From Verrucomicrobiales bacterium (GTDB lineage: Bacteria; Verrucomicrobiota; Verrucomicrobiia; Verrucomicrobiales; Verrucomicrobiaceae): 64,000 nt of DNA. The notes below the pieces were generated by a model, which did no database searches, was not told the DNA's origin, and saw only the letters and a list, made by a program, of their open reading frames with translations. How positions within the stretch are numbered: position 1 is the stretch's first letter; each line of letters begins with the position of its first letter. Position numbers and translations under genes: made by a program. The stretch is taken from assembly GCA_038230495.1 (NCBI GenBank), contig JBBRNC010000008.1, forward strand, positions 30,378 through 94,377, in the 5' to 3' direction. Shown here in pieces: positions 56,952-64,000 of this stretch.

Positions 56952-58394
56952 ATGAGCAACAAAAGTGATTTCGGATTGATCGGCCTCGCCGTGATGGGAC
57001 AGAACCTAGTCTTGAACGTGGAAAGCCGCGGCTTCCAAGTCAGCGTCTTCAACCGCACCACCGCCACCACGGACGAGTTCATCGCCAAGCATCCCGGCAA
57101 GAAACTCGTCGGCTGCCACACGCTCGAAGAATTCGTTCAAAGCCTCGCCACGCCGCGCAAAATTCACATCATGGTCAAATCCACCGCCACGGCCGACAGT
57201 GATCGCGATGCCGTGGACGCAGTGATTGAACAGCTCATTCCGCTTCTCTCGAAAGACGACATCATCATTGACGGCGGTAACTCCTTCTACAAAACCACCG
57301 AACGTCGCGATGCCTATCTCACCGGCAAAGGACTGCGCTTCATCGGCGCAGGCGTGAGCGGTGGAGAAGAAGGCGCGCGCAAAGGCCCGAGCATCATGCC
57401 CGGCGGCCCTGCGAGCACTTGGGAAGTAATGAAGCCCATCTTTGAGAGCATCGCCGCGAAAGTGGACGGCGAGCCTTGCGTCATTCACATCGGCCCCGGC
57501 GGCGCTGGCCATTACGTGAAGATGATCCACAACGGCATTGAGTATGGCGACATGCAGCTCATCTGCGAGGCCTACAACATTTTCAAACACGCTGGCTTCA
57601 CCACCGACGAAATGGCCGCGATCTTCAACGAATGGAACGATGGCGACCTGCAAAGCTATCTGATCCAGATCACCGGAAAAGCGCTTGAACAAAAAGACCC
57701 TGAGACCGGCAAGCCCATCGTTGAACTCATCCAGGACAAGGCCGGACAAAAAGGCACAGGCCAATGGACACTGATCAATGCTGCGGAAAACGCCGTCGTC
57801 ATCAGCACCATCAACGCCGCCGTGGAAGCCCGCATTCTGTCGAGCCAGAAGAAACAACGCGTCGCCGCCAGCACTCAGCTCGCTGGCCCTGACGGCACCA
57901 TCAAGACCGATAAGGCTGCCCTTGTGAAAAAAGTCCACGACGCTCTCTACGCCTCGAAGATCATCAGCTACGCCCAAGGTCTCGACCTCATCAAAACGAT
58001 GGGGGAGAAAAAGAACTGGGGTCTCGACCTCGGACGCATCGCCGCCATCTGGCGCGGCGGCTGCATCATCCGCGCGAAATTCCTCAATCGCATCACCGAC
58101 GCCTATCGCAGCAATCCCGCGCTAGTGAACCTCATGCTCGATCCCTTCTTCAAAGACCTAATCAGCAAGACCCAGCAAAACTGGCGCGAGGTCGTCGCCC
58201 TCACCACTCTCAACGGCATCCCCGTCCCCGCATTCTCCGCGAGCCTCGGTTACTACGACAGCTACCGCGCCGAACGCCTCCCCGCGAATCTCCTCCAAGC
58301 CCAAAGAGATTTCTTCGGCGCTCATACCTACGAGCGCACCGACAAACCCGAAGGCCAGTTCTTCCATACGGAATGGCCGGAGGTGATTGGGTAG
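56952..58394 (+). CDS. gnd: 6-phosphogluconate dehydrogenase (decarboxylating)
   Basis: GLIGLAVMGQNLVLN Rossmann N-terminus, IIDGGNS, full-length about 480 aa; ORF track start 56898 trimmed. Confidence 0.9.
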   Translation: MSNKSDFGLIGLAVMGQNLVLNVESRGFQVSVFNRTTATTDEFIAKHPGKKLVGCHTLEEFVQSLATPRKIHIMVKSTATADSDRDAVDAVIEQLIPLLSKDDIIIDGGNSFYKTTERRDAYLTGKGLRFIGAGVSGGEEGARKGPSIMPGGPASTWEVMKPIFESIAAKVDGEPCVIHIGPGGAGHYVKMIHNGIEYGDMQLICEAYNIFKHAGFTTDEMAAIFNEWNDGDLQSYLIQITGKALEQKDPETGKPIVELIQDKAGQKGTGQWTLINAAENAVVISTINAAVEARILSSQKKQRVAASTQLAGPDGTIKTDKAALVKKVHDALYASKIISYAQGLDLIKTMGEKKNWGLDLGRIAAIWRGGCIIRAKFLNRITDAYRSNPALVNLMLDPFFKDLISKTQQNWREVVALTTLNGIPVPAFSASLGYYDSYRAERLPANLLQAQRDFFGAHTYERTDKPEGQFFHTEWPEVIG

Positions 58395-58397
58395 GCA
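58330..58397. repeat. gnd 3'-terminal segment, left copy of a ~66-bp direct repeat flanking the hicAB cassette
   Basis: cgagcgcaccgacaaacccgaaggccagttcttccatacggaatggccggaggtgattgggtaggc is about 90% identical to 58876..58942. Confidence 0.8.
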
Positions 58398-58416
58398 ACC
58401 ACAAAACGATCTTTTC

Positions 58417-58617
58417 ATGCCGCGAAAAATCCGCCAGCTTGCCCAAGACCTGATGGGTGCCGGTTTCGCTTTGCGATCTGGCGGCAAGGGATCCCACCGT
58501 AAATTCACACATCCCAATTTGGACGGATTTGCTTTGTTATCGGGAAAAGATGGCGAGGATGCAAAACACTATCAGGAAAAGCATGTTCGTGATAAGATAC
58601 GGGAGTCAAAATCATGA
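58417..58617 (+). CDS. hicA: HicA/YcfA-family type II toxin (mRNA interferase)
   Basis: MPRKIRQLAQDLMGAGF...GGKGSHRKFTHP...HYQEKHVRDKI fits the HicA family; about 66 aa; starts just after the gnd stop. Confidence 0.7.
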   Translation: MPRKIRQLAQDLMGAGFALRSGGKGSHRKFTHPNLDGFALLSGKDGEDAKHYQEKHVRDKIRESKS

Positions 58618-58856
58618 GAACAACCATTCAACAGCTCGCCGACAACTACGTGAAACTCGTGCGATGGAGTGACGAGGACAGTTGCTTTGTGGGCAGCATC
58701 CCGGACTTGTGTGGCGACTGCTGCCACGGTGATACACCTGGCGAGGTTTACGATCAGCTGGTGGAAATCGCCGAAGATTTGGTTGCCACAGCTCAGCGCG
58801 ATGGCCTTACTCTACCCATAGTCCGCACAAAAGTTATGATGGAAATGGCGTCTTGA
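58614..58856 (+). CDS. hicB: HicB-family (UPF0150) antitoxin
   Basis: YVKLVRWSDEDSCFVGSIPDLCGDCCHGDTPGEVYDQLVEIAEDLV fits HicB; ATGA 4-nt overlap with hicA. Confidence 0.7.
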   Translation: MRTTIQQLADNYVKLVRWSDEDSCFVGSIPDLCGDCCHGDTPGEVYDQLVEIAEDLVATAQRDGLTLPIVRTKVMMEMAS

Positions 58857-58867
58857 ATCTTTTAGCG

Positions 58868-58942
58868 CCTACACCACGAACGCACCGACAAACCCGAAGG
58901 CCAGATGTTCCACACGGAATGGCCAGAGGTGATTGGGTAGGC
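58868..58942. repeat. Degenerate copy of the gnd 3' end (right boundary of the hicAB cassette)
   Basis: cgaacgcaccgacaaacccgaaggccagatgttccacacggaatggccagaggtgattgggtaggc; would encode ERTDKPEGQMFHTEWPEVIG-stop versus the genuine ...GQFFHTEWPEVIG-stop. Confidence 0.8.
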
Positions 58943-58982
58943 CGCCGCTCAAGAGACGGACAGGAGCATCCGACTTGTCAGT

Positions 58983-59366
58983 TCACGTCTGAGGAAATAT
59001 TAAATCCTCGGCGTGATCCCCTACCTGATTCCTGAGTTCGTGAATGTAGGGAAAGCCCATGGCCATCCAGGTTTCATCCTGATCCAACGGCGATACAAAC
59101 TCATCAAGTCGATCCTCTTGTTCCGCGATTACGAGACGCGTCAGATGCTCGGATACCGCCGGAACAAGCCTTTCAAGAAATCGACCGAAAGCCGGTTGAT
59201 CTAAAAATTCAAATGCAGCCGTCGTCATCCGAAGCATTTTTTCAGAATCCGCGACAATGTCAGGTCCGTCCAGCAGCACGGCAGCTTGAAGACCTTGGGA
59301 TTGCTGAAGAATCTCGAATCTCGTGACCAACATCATGACCCGCAGGCGCTCTGGAAGAAGTTCCAA
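58983..59366 (-). CDS. HEPN-domain protein (Rx4-6H motif)
   Basis: ELRNQVGDH matches the HEPN R-x4-6-H motif; all-helical 127-aa protein. Confidence 0.45.
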   Translation of the reverse strand: MELLPERLRVMMLVTRFEILQQSQGLQAAVLLDGPDIVADSEKMLRMTTAAFEFLDQPAFGRFLERLVPAVSEHLTRLVIAEQEDRLDEFVSPLDQDETWMAMGFPYIHELRNQVGDHAEDLIFPQT

Positions 59367-59434
59367 CGCCTTGAACTCCTTTTGATGCGACTAAAGAAAC
59401 TCAGCGGCCTTTTTCGTGGAAACCACCCATCACC

Positions 59435-59650
59435 TTGGTTATCCTCTTGCCAATGGCTTCCGACCTCACTCCTGAATATATCGCCACGCTGCGTCGCATG
59501 ACGGGTGCACAAAAGCTGCGCACAGCTTTCGGACTCTACTGGTCCGCGCGGAAGCTGAAAGCGGCTCGCTTGCGGGAGCAGCACCCCGAATGGAGCGAGG
59601 ACAGGGTGCAGCAGCGCGTGAAGGAAATTTTCAAACATGCCGTTACCTGA
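59435..59650 (+). CDS. Small hypothetical protein, upstream partner of the nucleotidyltransferase
   Basis: 71-aa ORF (possibly starting at MASDLTPEY) overlapping the next gene by 14 nt. Confidence 0.3.
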   Translation: MVILLPMASDLTPEYIATLRRMTGAQKLRTAFGLYWSARKLKAARLREQHPEWSEDRVQQRVKEIFKHAVT

Positions 59651-60203
59651 GCCATTTCTCATATTCACCCGGAAGCTCAATGAACTGGGCCTTCGCTACA
59701 TGGTGAGCGGCAGCGTCGCAGCGATCTACTACGGCGAGCCCCGCATGACCAATGACGTGGATATCATCGTCTTTCTCAAGCGCGAAGATGCAGTCCGCAT
59801 TGAACAAGCATTCCCTGCTGACGAGTTCTATTGCCCACCACAAGAAGTCATACAGATCGAACTGTCACGCCCGCAACGCGGTCATTTCAACCTGATCCAT
59901 CACGATACCGGATTCAAGGCCGACATCTACCTCACAGGTCACGACAAACTGCATGAATGGGGTCTCGCCCATGCCCGCACCGCAGACCTTGAAGGCGACT
60001 ACGTAATCTTCGCCCCACCGGAATATGTTATCATCAGGAAGCTCCAGTTTTACCGCGAAGGAGACGCAGCGAAACATCTGCGTGACATCAGCCGGATGTT
60101 GTCGAGCCTGGGTGATGAATGGGATCACCAGCCATTGATCGAACTCATTCAGCAGCATGGTCTGGAACATGAGTGGCAGAGCGCACTGAAGTTCAGTGAT
60201 TAA
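59637..60203 (+). CDS. Minimal nucleotidyltransferase (MNT)-fold protein
   Basis: GSVAAIYYGEPRMTNDVDIIV carries the GS...DxD signature of the pol-beta-type nucleotidyltransferase fold; 188 aa. Confidence 0.55.
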   Translation: MPLPEPFLIFTRKLNELGLRYMVSGSVAAIYYGEPRMTNDVDIIVFLKREDAVRIEQAFPADEFYCPPQEVIQIELSRPQRGHFNLIHHDTGFKADIYLTGHDKLHEWGLAHARTADLEGDYVIFAPPEYVIIRKLQFYREGDAAKHLRDISRMLSSLGDEWDHQPLIELIQQHGLEHEWQSALKFSD

Positions 60204-60350
60204 AGCAGTGCATTGTCTGGCCTATGAATCTGGCAGCGCCTTCTCAGCGATGACCATGTGGAGGCGGTGCAGAAAAGCTTGAGAGGCGTGGCGCCACGCG
60301 TAACACAACTCGTCCCGACTGTGTTACTCCACTCGACGCGATAATGAATC

Positions 60351-61457
60351 TCACGCCTTCACCGCCCAGCGCAGTTTCGCGGGCGCGGCTCTGGAGTTGA
60401 GACGGATTTCTTCTGCTGTGGGACGCTGCACTTCATCGCTGATGGCTGAGAAAATGCCGCTGCGCTCGGCGGTTTGGAAGCATTTTTTTACACGACGATC
60501 CTCGCCGGAGTGGAACGTGAGAATTGCAACCCGTCCACCAGAACGGAGACAGTCTGGCAGTTCACGCAGGAAGGAATCGAGCGCGCTGAATTCCTCATTT
60601 ACAGCGATTCGCAAGGCTTGAAACACGCGGCGCGTGGTGGTCGCTACAGCATCTTCACTCATATGACGCGGCAGGTTCTTTTTCACTGCCGACGCGAGAA
60701 CTTGAGTGCCAGCATAATTCTGGCCAGCTAGCACTTCAGCGAGGGCTGAGGCATGGGGTTCGTCAGCGTTTTCTTTGAGCAAGGCTGCTAATTTTTCGGC
60801 ACTGATTATTCGCAAGAGATCACGCGCGGAGACTCCGCGCTGTGGGTTCATGCGCATGTCGAGCGGGCCGTCGTTTTTGAAACTGAAGCCGCGTGCGGGG
60901 TTATCCAGTTGCATGGAGGACACGCCGAGATCGGCGAGGATCACGTCTGCTCCGACGCTCCATCCTATTTCATCAAGAGCACGGCGAACTCCGGCAAAGT
61001 TCGTGCGCTGCACGGTCAGGCATTTGTCAGGAAACCCGAGCGTGCGCAGTCGCGTCTCCGTCTTCACTATCTCAATGGGATCCTGATCCAGTCCGAGCAG
61101 ACAACCCTTGGGCTGCAGCGCGCGGAGCAGCGCCTCGGCGTGACCGCCATAGCCGAGTGTGGCATCCACCACTCGTTCACCCGGCTGCGGTGCAAGCACT
61201 TCCATAATTTCCGCGAGCATGATCGGCACATGTTGCCCAGCGGGTGTCTTGCCGGATGCGCGCACTTTGGCAACGGTATCCGCGTATCGCTCCGGCTGAT
61301 GTTCTTTGTATTTGTCCTCGAAACGGCGCGGATTTTTTCCGCCATATCGCTTTCTACGCTGATGCTTCGGCGCAGGCACATCGGCATTAGATTGGTCGGA
61401 AGGATCTATCATCTGGATGACGAGACGCCGGATGATCTCCGAGGTCAAGTTTTCCAA
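60351..61457 (-). CDS. rsmH: 16S rRNA (cytosine1402-N4)-methyltransferase RsmH/MraW with ~70-aa basic N-terminal extension
   Basis: HVPIMLAEIMEVL, VDATLGYGGHA, LGLDQDP blocks; not followed by ftsL/ftsI on this strand. Confidence 0.85.
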   Translation of the reverse strand: MENLTSEIIRRLVIQMIDPSDQSNADVPAPKHQRRKRYGGKNPRRFEDKYKEHQPERYADTVAKVRASGKTPAGQHVPIMLAEIMEVLAPQPGERVVDATLGYGGHAEALLRALQPKGCLLGLDQDPIEIVKTETRLRTLGFPDKCLTVQRTNFAGVRRALDEIGWSVGADVILADLGVSSMQLDNPARGFSFKNDGPLDMRMNPQRGVSARDLLRIISAEKLAALLKENADEPHASALAEVLAGQNYAGTQVLASAVKKNLPRHMSEDAVATTTRRVFQALRIAVNEEFSALDSFLRELPDCLRSGGRVAILTFHSGEDRRVKKCFQTAERSGIFSAISDEVQRPTAEEIRLNSRAAPAKLRWAVKA

Positions 61458-61534
61458 GAAGCGGTTGCGTGGCTTGCTAGACTCAGTGTTCTTCTCCGCT
61501 TGCCTGAGGCTAAAGTCAGTAACAATGTCATGTC

Positions 61535-62713
61535 ATGAATGCATCACGATTCGCCACTGCCGCCGTCTTATTGCTAACCCTCGTGTCAGCAGGTCACGCC
61601 GCTGATACTCTGCTGAAAAGCGCGACTTATTGCCGGACGCTCGATGAAAACCAGTCAGCGAAAGACAAGGCAGAATCGTTTTATCCCGATGAAAAAATTC
61701 GCCTCTCGATTGAGTTGAAGGGACGGCCGAAAAGTGGAATCGCGACAGCGAAATTTTTCTTTCAAGACCAACTGATCGCGGAAGCCAAGGTGGATGTGGC
61801 GGAGGTGAACAAGGGCGTGATGTTTTCCATCGGTCAGAACACTTTTGTGGGTTTCAGCTTGAAGCCCAACGCGGCTCTGCCGGTGGGCGCGGTCTATCAT
61901 ACAGATGTGACCTTTGATGGTGCAGCACTGGGCAGCTTTCCCTTTGTGGTCGCGCCACCGAAGGATTCTATCCCGAGCAAGATCAACTCCGTGACATTAG
62001 CGCGCGGCATTGATGATAAGAGCGCCCCAGTGGATGAGACGCGGGCATTCACGAACTTGCAAAAAGTTGTGCTGGCTGGGCGCGGCGACCTCGGGAACGG
62101 CTCATGGCTGGAAGTAAACTGGATGGTCGGCGGCAAACTTGATCCGGCGGGAACGAAGAGTTTCACGATGGAGGAAAACAAAAAGGATGTGCCATTTTAT
62201 TTTTCATTCTTTCCGAAAGGCGGTTGGCCGGAAGGCGCGCATGAAGTCGTGGTCGTGGTGAACGGAAAGGAATCGTCCAGAGAGAAGTTCTCGGTCAAGG
62301 CCGACGCGAATGTGAAGCCGGGCAAACCAGCAGTCGCGAAGGTTTCATTCTTCCACGACAACGGCAAAGGAGCGCCCGATGAAGCTGCGAAATCTTTTGG
62401 AACGGACGATAAGATATTCCATGCTGAGTTCTCGCTGACCGCGCCCGCCATAGTGCAGGGCACACGGGTGATCTGGACTCTCGTGGAAGCAGCGGGTGAA
62501 AAAAATCAAGAGATCGCGGTGGCTCCTATCAAGGCCGAAGGCGCACAAAAATCTCTCACCAGTTTATTGCGGGCCAAAAATGGATTGCCGCCGGGGAAAT
62601 ACCGCGTGCAACTTCTGCTCGGCGACGAGGAGTTGGGCATACAGGACTTCGATGTGGTGGAGGCAGAGAAAAGCGTTCCCTCTGTCGGTGGTGGTTTAAA
62701 ACCCAAAAAATAG
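61535..62713 (+). CDS. Secreted hypothetical protein
   Basis: Signal peptide MNASRFATAAVLLLTLVSAGHA; 392 aa; beta-rich composition. Confidence 0.4.
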   Translation: MNASRFATAAVLLLTLVSAGHAADTLLKSATYCRTLDENQSAKDKAESFYPDEKIRLSIELKGRPKSGIATAKFFFQDQLIAEAKVDVAEVNKGVMFSIGQNTFVGFSLKPNAALPVGAVYHTDVTFDGAALGSFPFVVAPPKDSIPSKINSVTLARGIDDKSAPVDETRAFTNLQKVVLAGRGDLGNGSWLEVNWMVGGKLDPAGTKSFTMEENKKDVPFYFSFFPKGGWPEGAHEVVVVVNGKESSREKFSVKADANVKPGKPAVAKVSFFHDNGKGAPDEAAKSFGTDDKIFHAEFSLTAPAIVQGTRVIWTLVEAAGEKNQEIAVAPIKAEGAQKSLTSLLRAKNGLPPGKYRVQLLLGDEELGIQDFDVVEAEKSVPSVGGGLKPKK

Positions 62714-62746
62714 AATTGATTCAGGTCAATTCCAAACTTGCAATAA

Positions 62747-63298
62747 TCACTGCTGCGGGACCAATATGCGTTTCGGACTCCATGAGTTCACGACTTCGAC
62801 AGTCGTTCCTACATTGACATGATCGAAGATGAACTGCGCACTCTCGCGAGGCATCCGTATGCAGCCATGTGAAGCGGGATAGCCCGGCAACAAGCCCTCA
62901 TGCATGCCGAACTCGGTCTGTCCCATGCGCATCCAGAAGGGCATGGGACATTTGTAGATGTTGGAAATCTTGCCGGTTCGGACTTTATCCTTGATCGCGA
63001 ATGCGCCGCGCGGTGTGCGGAAGCCAACCACAGCGCTGGAGATCGGTGTATCGAAGGCGACTTGATTGCCATTGATAAGATAGATGCGCTGAGTGCCTAT
63101 GCTCACAATCATGCGCAATTCTGCATTCGGTGTATCGAGAACGCCGGGATAAATATGCGGTGCATCTTGCACGAGCTTCTGGGAGTTCACTTGCAACTTG
63201 GTGCCGTTCGGACTTGCGAAAGCCACAAGCTCATCCGCGAATGCGCTTCTCCCGAAAAAAATTACCAACGCGACCAAGCTGATGACACCAGCTTTCAC
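62747..63298 (-). CDS. L,D-transpeptidase (YkuD fold)
   Basis: Catalytic HEGLLPGYPASHGCIRMP motif (His/Cys); signal peptide. Confidence 0.75.
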   Translation of the reverse strand: MKAGVISLVALVIFFGRSAFADELVAFASPNGTKLQVNSQKLVQDAPHIYPGVLDTPNAELRMIVSIGTQRIYLINGNQVAFDTPISSAVVGFRTPRGAFAIKDKVRTGKISNIYKCPMPFWMRMGQTEFGMHEGLLPGYPASHGCIRMPRESAQFIFDHVNVGTTVEVVNSWSPKRILVPQQ

Positions 63299-64000
63299 GC
63301 TGCGATCGCGCTGCCGTGACTGCTGCCGCTGCTGAGAACGCGATGCACGACTTGCGAGAGCATGGAGGCCACGTAGGGCTTGGGCAAGACCTCGGCAAAG
63401 CCCGCTGAAGTATATTCTTGCCGCATCTGCTCCACGAGTCCGCCACTGGACGCGATCACTTTGGCACGCGGATCAAAGGCGATAATTTCCCGCATGGCCT
63501 CCTCGCCGCTTAATCCACCGGCGAGCGTGAGATCCATGATGACTACATCTGCCGGGTCATTCGCACGGGCGAGTTGCTGATAGGTGCGCACGCCGTCTTC
63601 GCCATTATGCGCTGCGAAGACACGATAGCCGCAGCGCTTGAGCACGGCGACGGTCGCGATCAGAAGATCGGGTTCATCGTCCACCAACAAAATGGAACCA
63701 GTGCCGCGCATCAAAGTTTGTGGCGCGCGTGATTCCACCTTCGCGGGTGCCAGATGAGTAGCTGGCAGAAAGAAGGTGAACTCGGTGCCGGTGCCGATCA
63801 TGGAGGACACGCGAATGTCTCCGCCATGATCTTCAATGATGCGCTTGCAGGTCATCAAGCCGACACCGTTGCCGCGTTGCTTGGTCGTGAATGATTCATT
63901 GAAGAGTCGCAACACTGTCTCTGGCGACATGCCTGCTCCACGATCGCGCACAATGATTTCGACATAGCGACCCGGCGCGATTTTTTTGTCGCCTTGAGTG
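63295..64000 (-). CDS. Hybrid sensor histidine kinase/response regulator, C-terminal part (5' end beyond the window)
   Basis: HATPase_c boxes (VRDRGAGM, GNGVGLMTCKRIIEDHGG, GTGTEFTF) then a receiver domain (LLVDDEPD...VVIMDLTLAGG); reading frame stays open to the window end. Confidence 0.7.
   Translation of the reverse strand, partial: TQGDKKIAPGRYVEIIVRDRGAGMSPETVLRLFNESFTTKQRGNGVGLMTCKRIIEDHGGDIRVSSMIGTGTEFTFFLPATHLAPAKVESRAPQTLMRGTGSILLVDDEPDLLIATVAVLKRCGYRVFAAHNGEDGVRTYQQLARANDPADVVIMDLTLAGGLSGEEAMREIIAFDPRAKVIASSGGLVEQMRQEYTSAGFAEVLPKPYVASMLSQVVHRVLSSGSSHGSAIAA

Noticed and set aside
57006-57977. 323-aa ORF on the minus strand
   Set aside because: Antisense to gnd; shadow ORF

Overview
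This 64-kb window (about 57% GC) reads as chromosomal DNA, apparently from a Verrucomicrobia/PVC-type bacterium. The clues are a PSCyt1-type CxxCH cytochrome, recurring SHD1-like modules, a PEP-CTERM protein and a DUF1080 protein. It is densely coding on both strands and has no rRNA, tRNA or CRISPR that I can recognise.

The core genes are: gap-pgk-[AT-rich small ORF]-tpiA; a menaquinone cluster menE-menC-menA-(TrkA-C membrane protein)-menB; mnmA, carrying an in-frame palindromic insertion; a NUDIX gene; rplI-dnaB; an S1/P1 nuclease; an ABC-F ATPase; tandem GH128 paralogs; an Ada-like AraC-MGMT fusion; an SPFH protein; pdxH, hpt, moaD, glmS and alaS; a KsgA-NUDIX fusion; mpl, pgsA, moaE, gnd and rsmH; an L,D-transpeptidase; and a hybrid sensor kinase cut by the window end. 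rlmM is translationally coupled to an LRR plus eukaryotic-like Ser/Thr kinase.

The accessory content is:
- A type I restriction-modification island (15.7-23.1 kb) ordered hsdM-DUF1016(PDDEXK)-hsdS-AlbA_2-like-hsdR, followed by a HipA-C-like kinase-fold ORF and a 750-bp ORF-free tract.
- Two miniature toxin-antitoxin cassettes (DUF433/DUF5615 and HicA/HicB). Each sits exactly at the 3' end of a housekeeping gene (pgsA, gnd) and is bounded on its far side by a degenerate ~66-bp copy of that gene's 3' end. This is the most unusual signal in the window and suggests site-specific integration into gene 3' ends.
- Next to the HicAB cassette, a HEPN (Rx4-6H) protein and a small-protein plus minimal-nucleotidyltransferase pair.

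Coordinates of repeats and hairpins were counted by hand and may be off by a base or two. All functional calls rest on motif recognition by eye, with no database search run.
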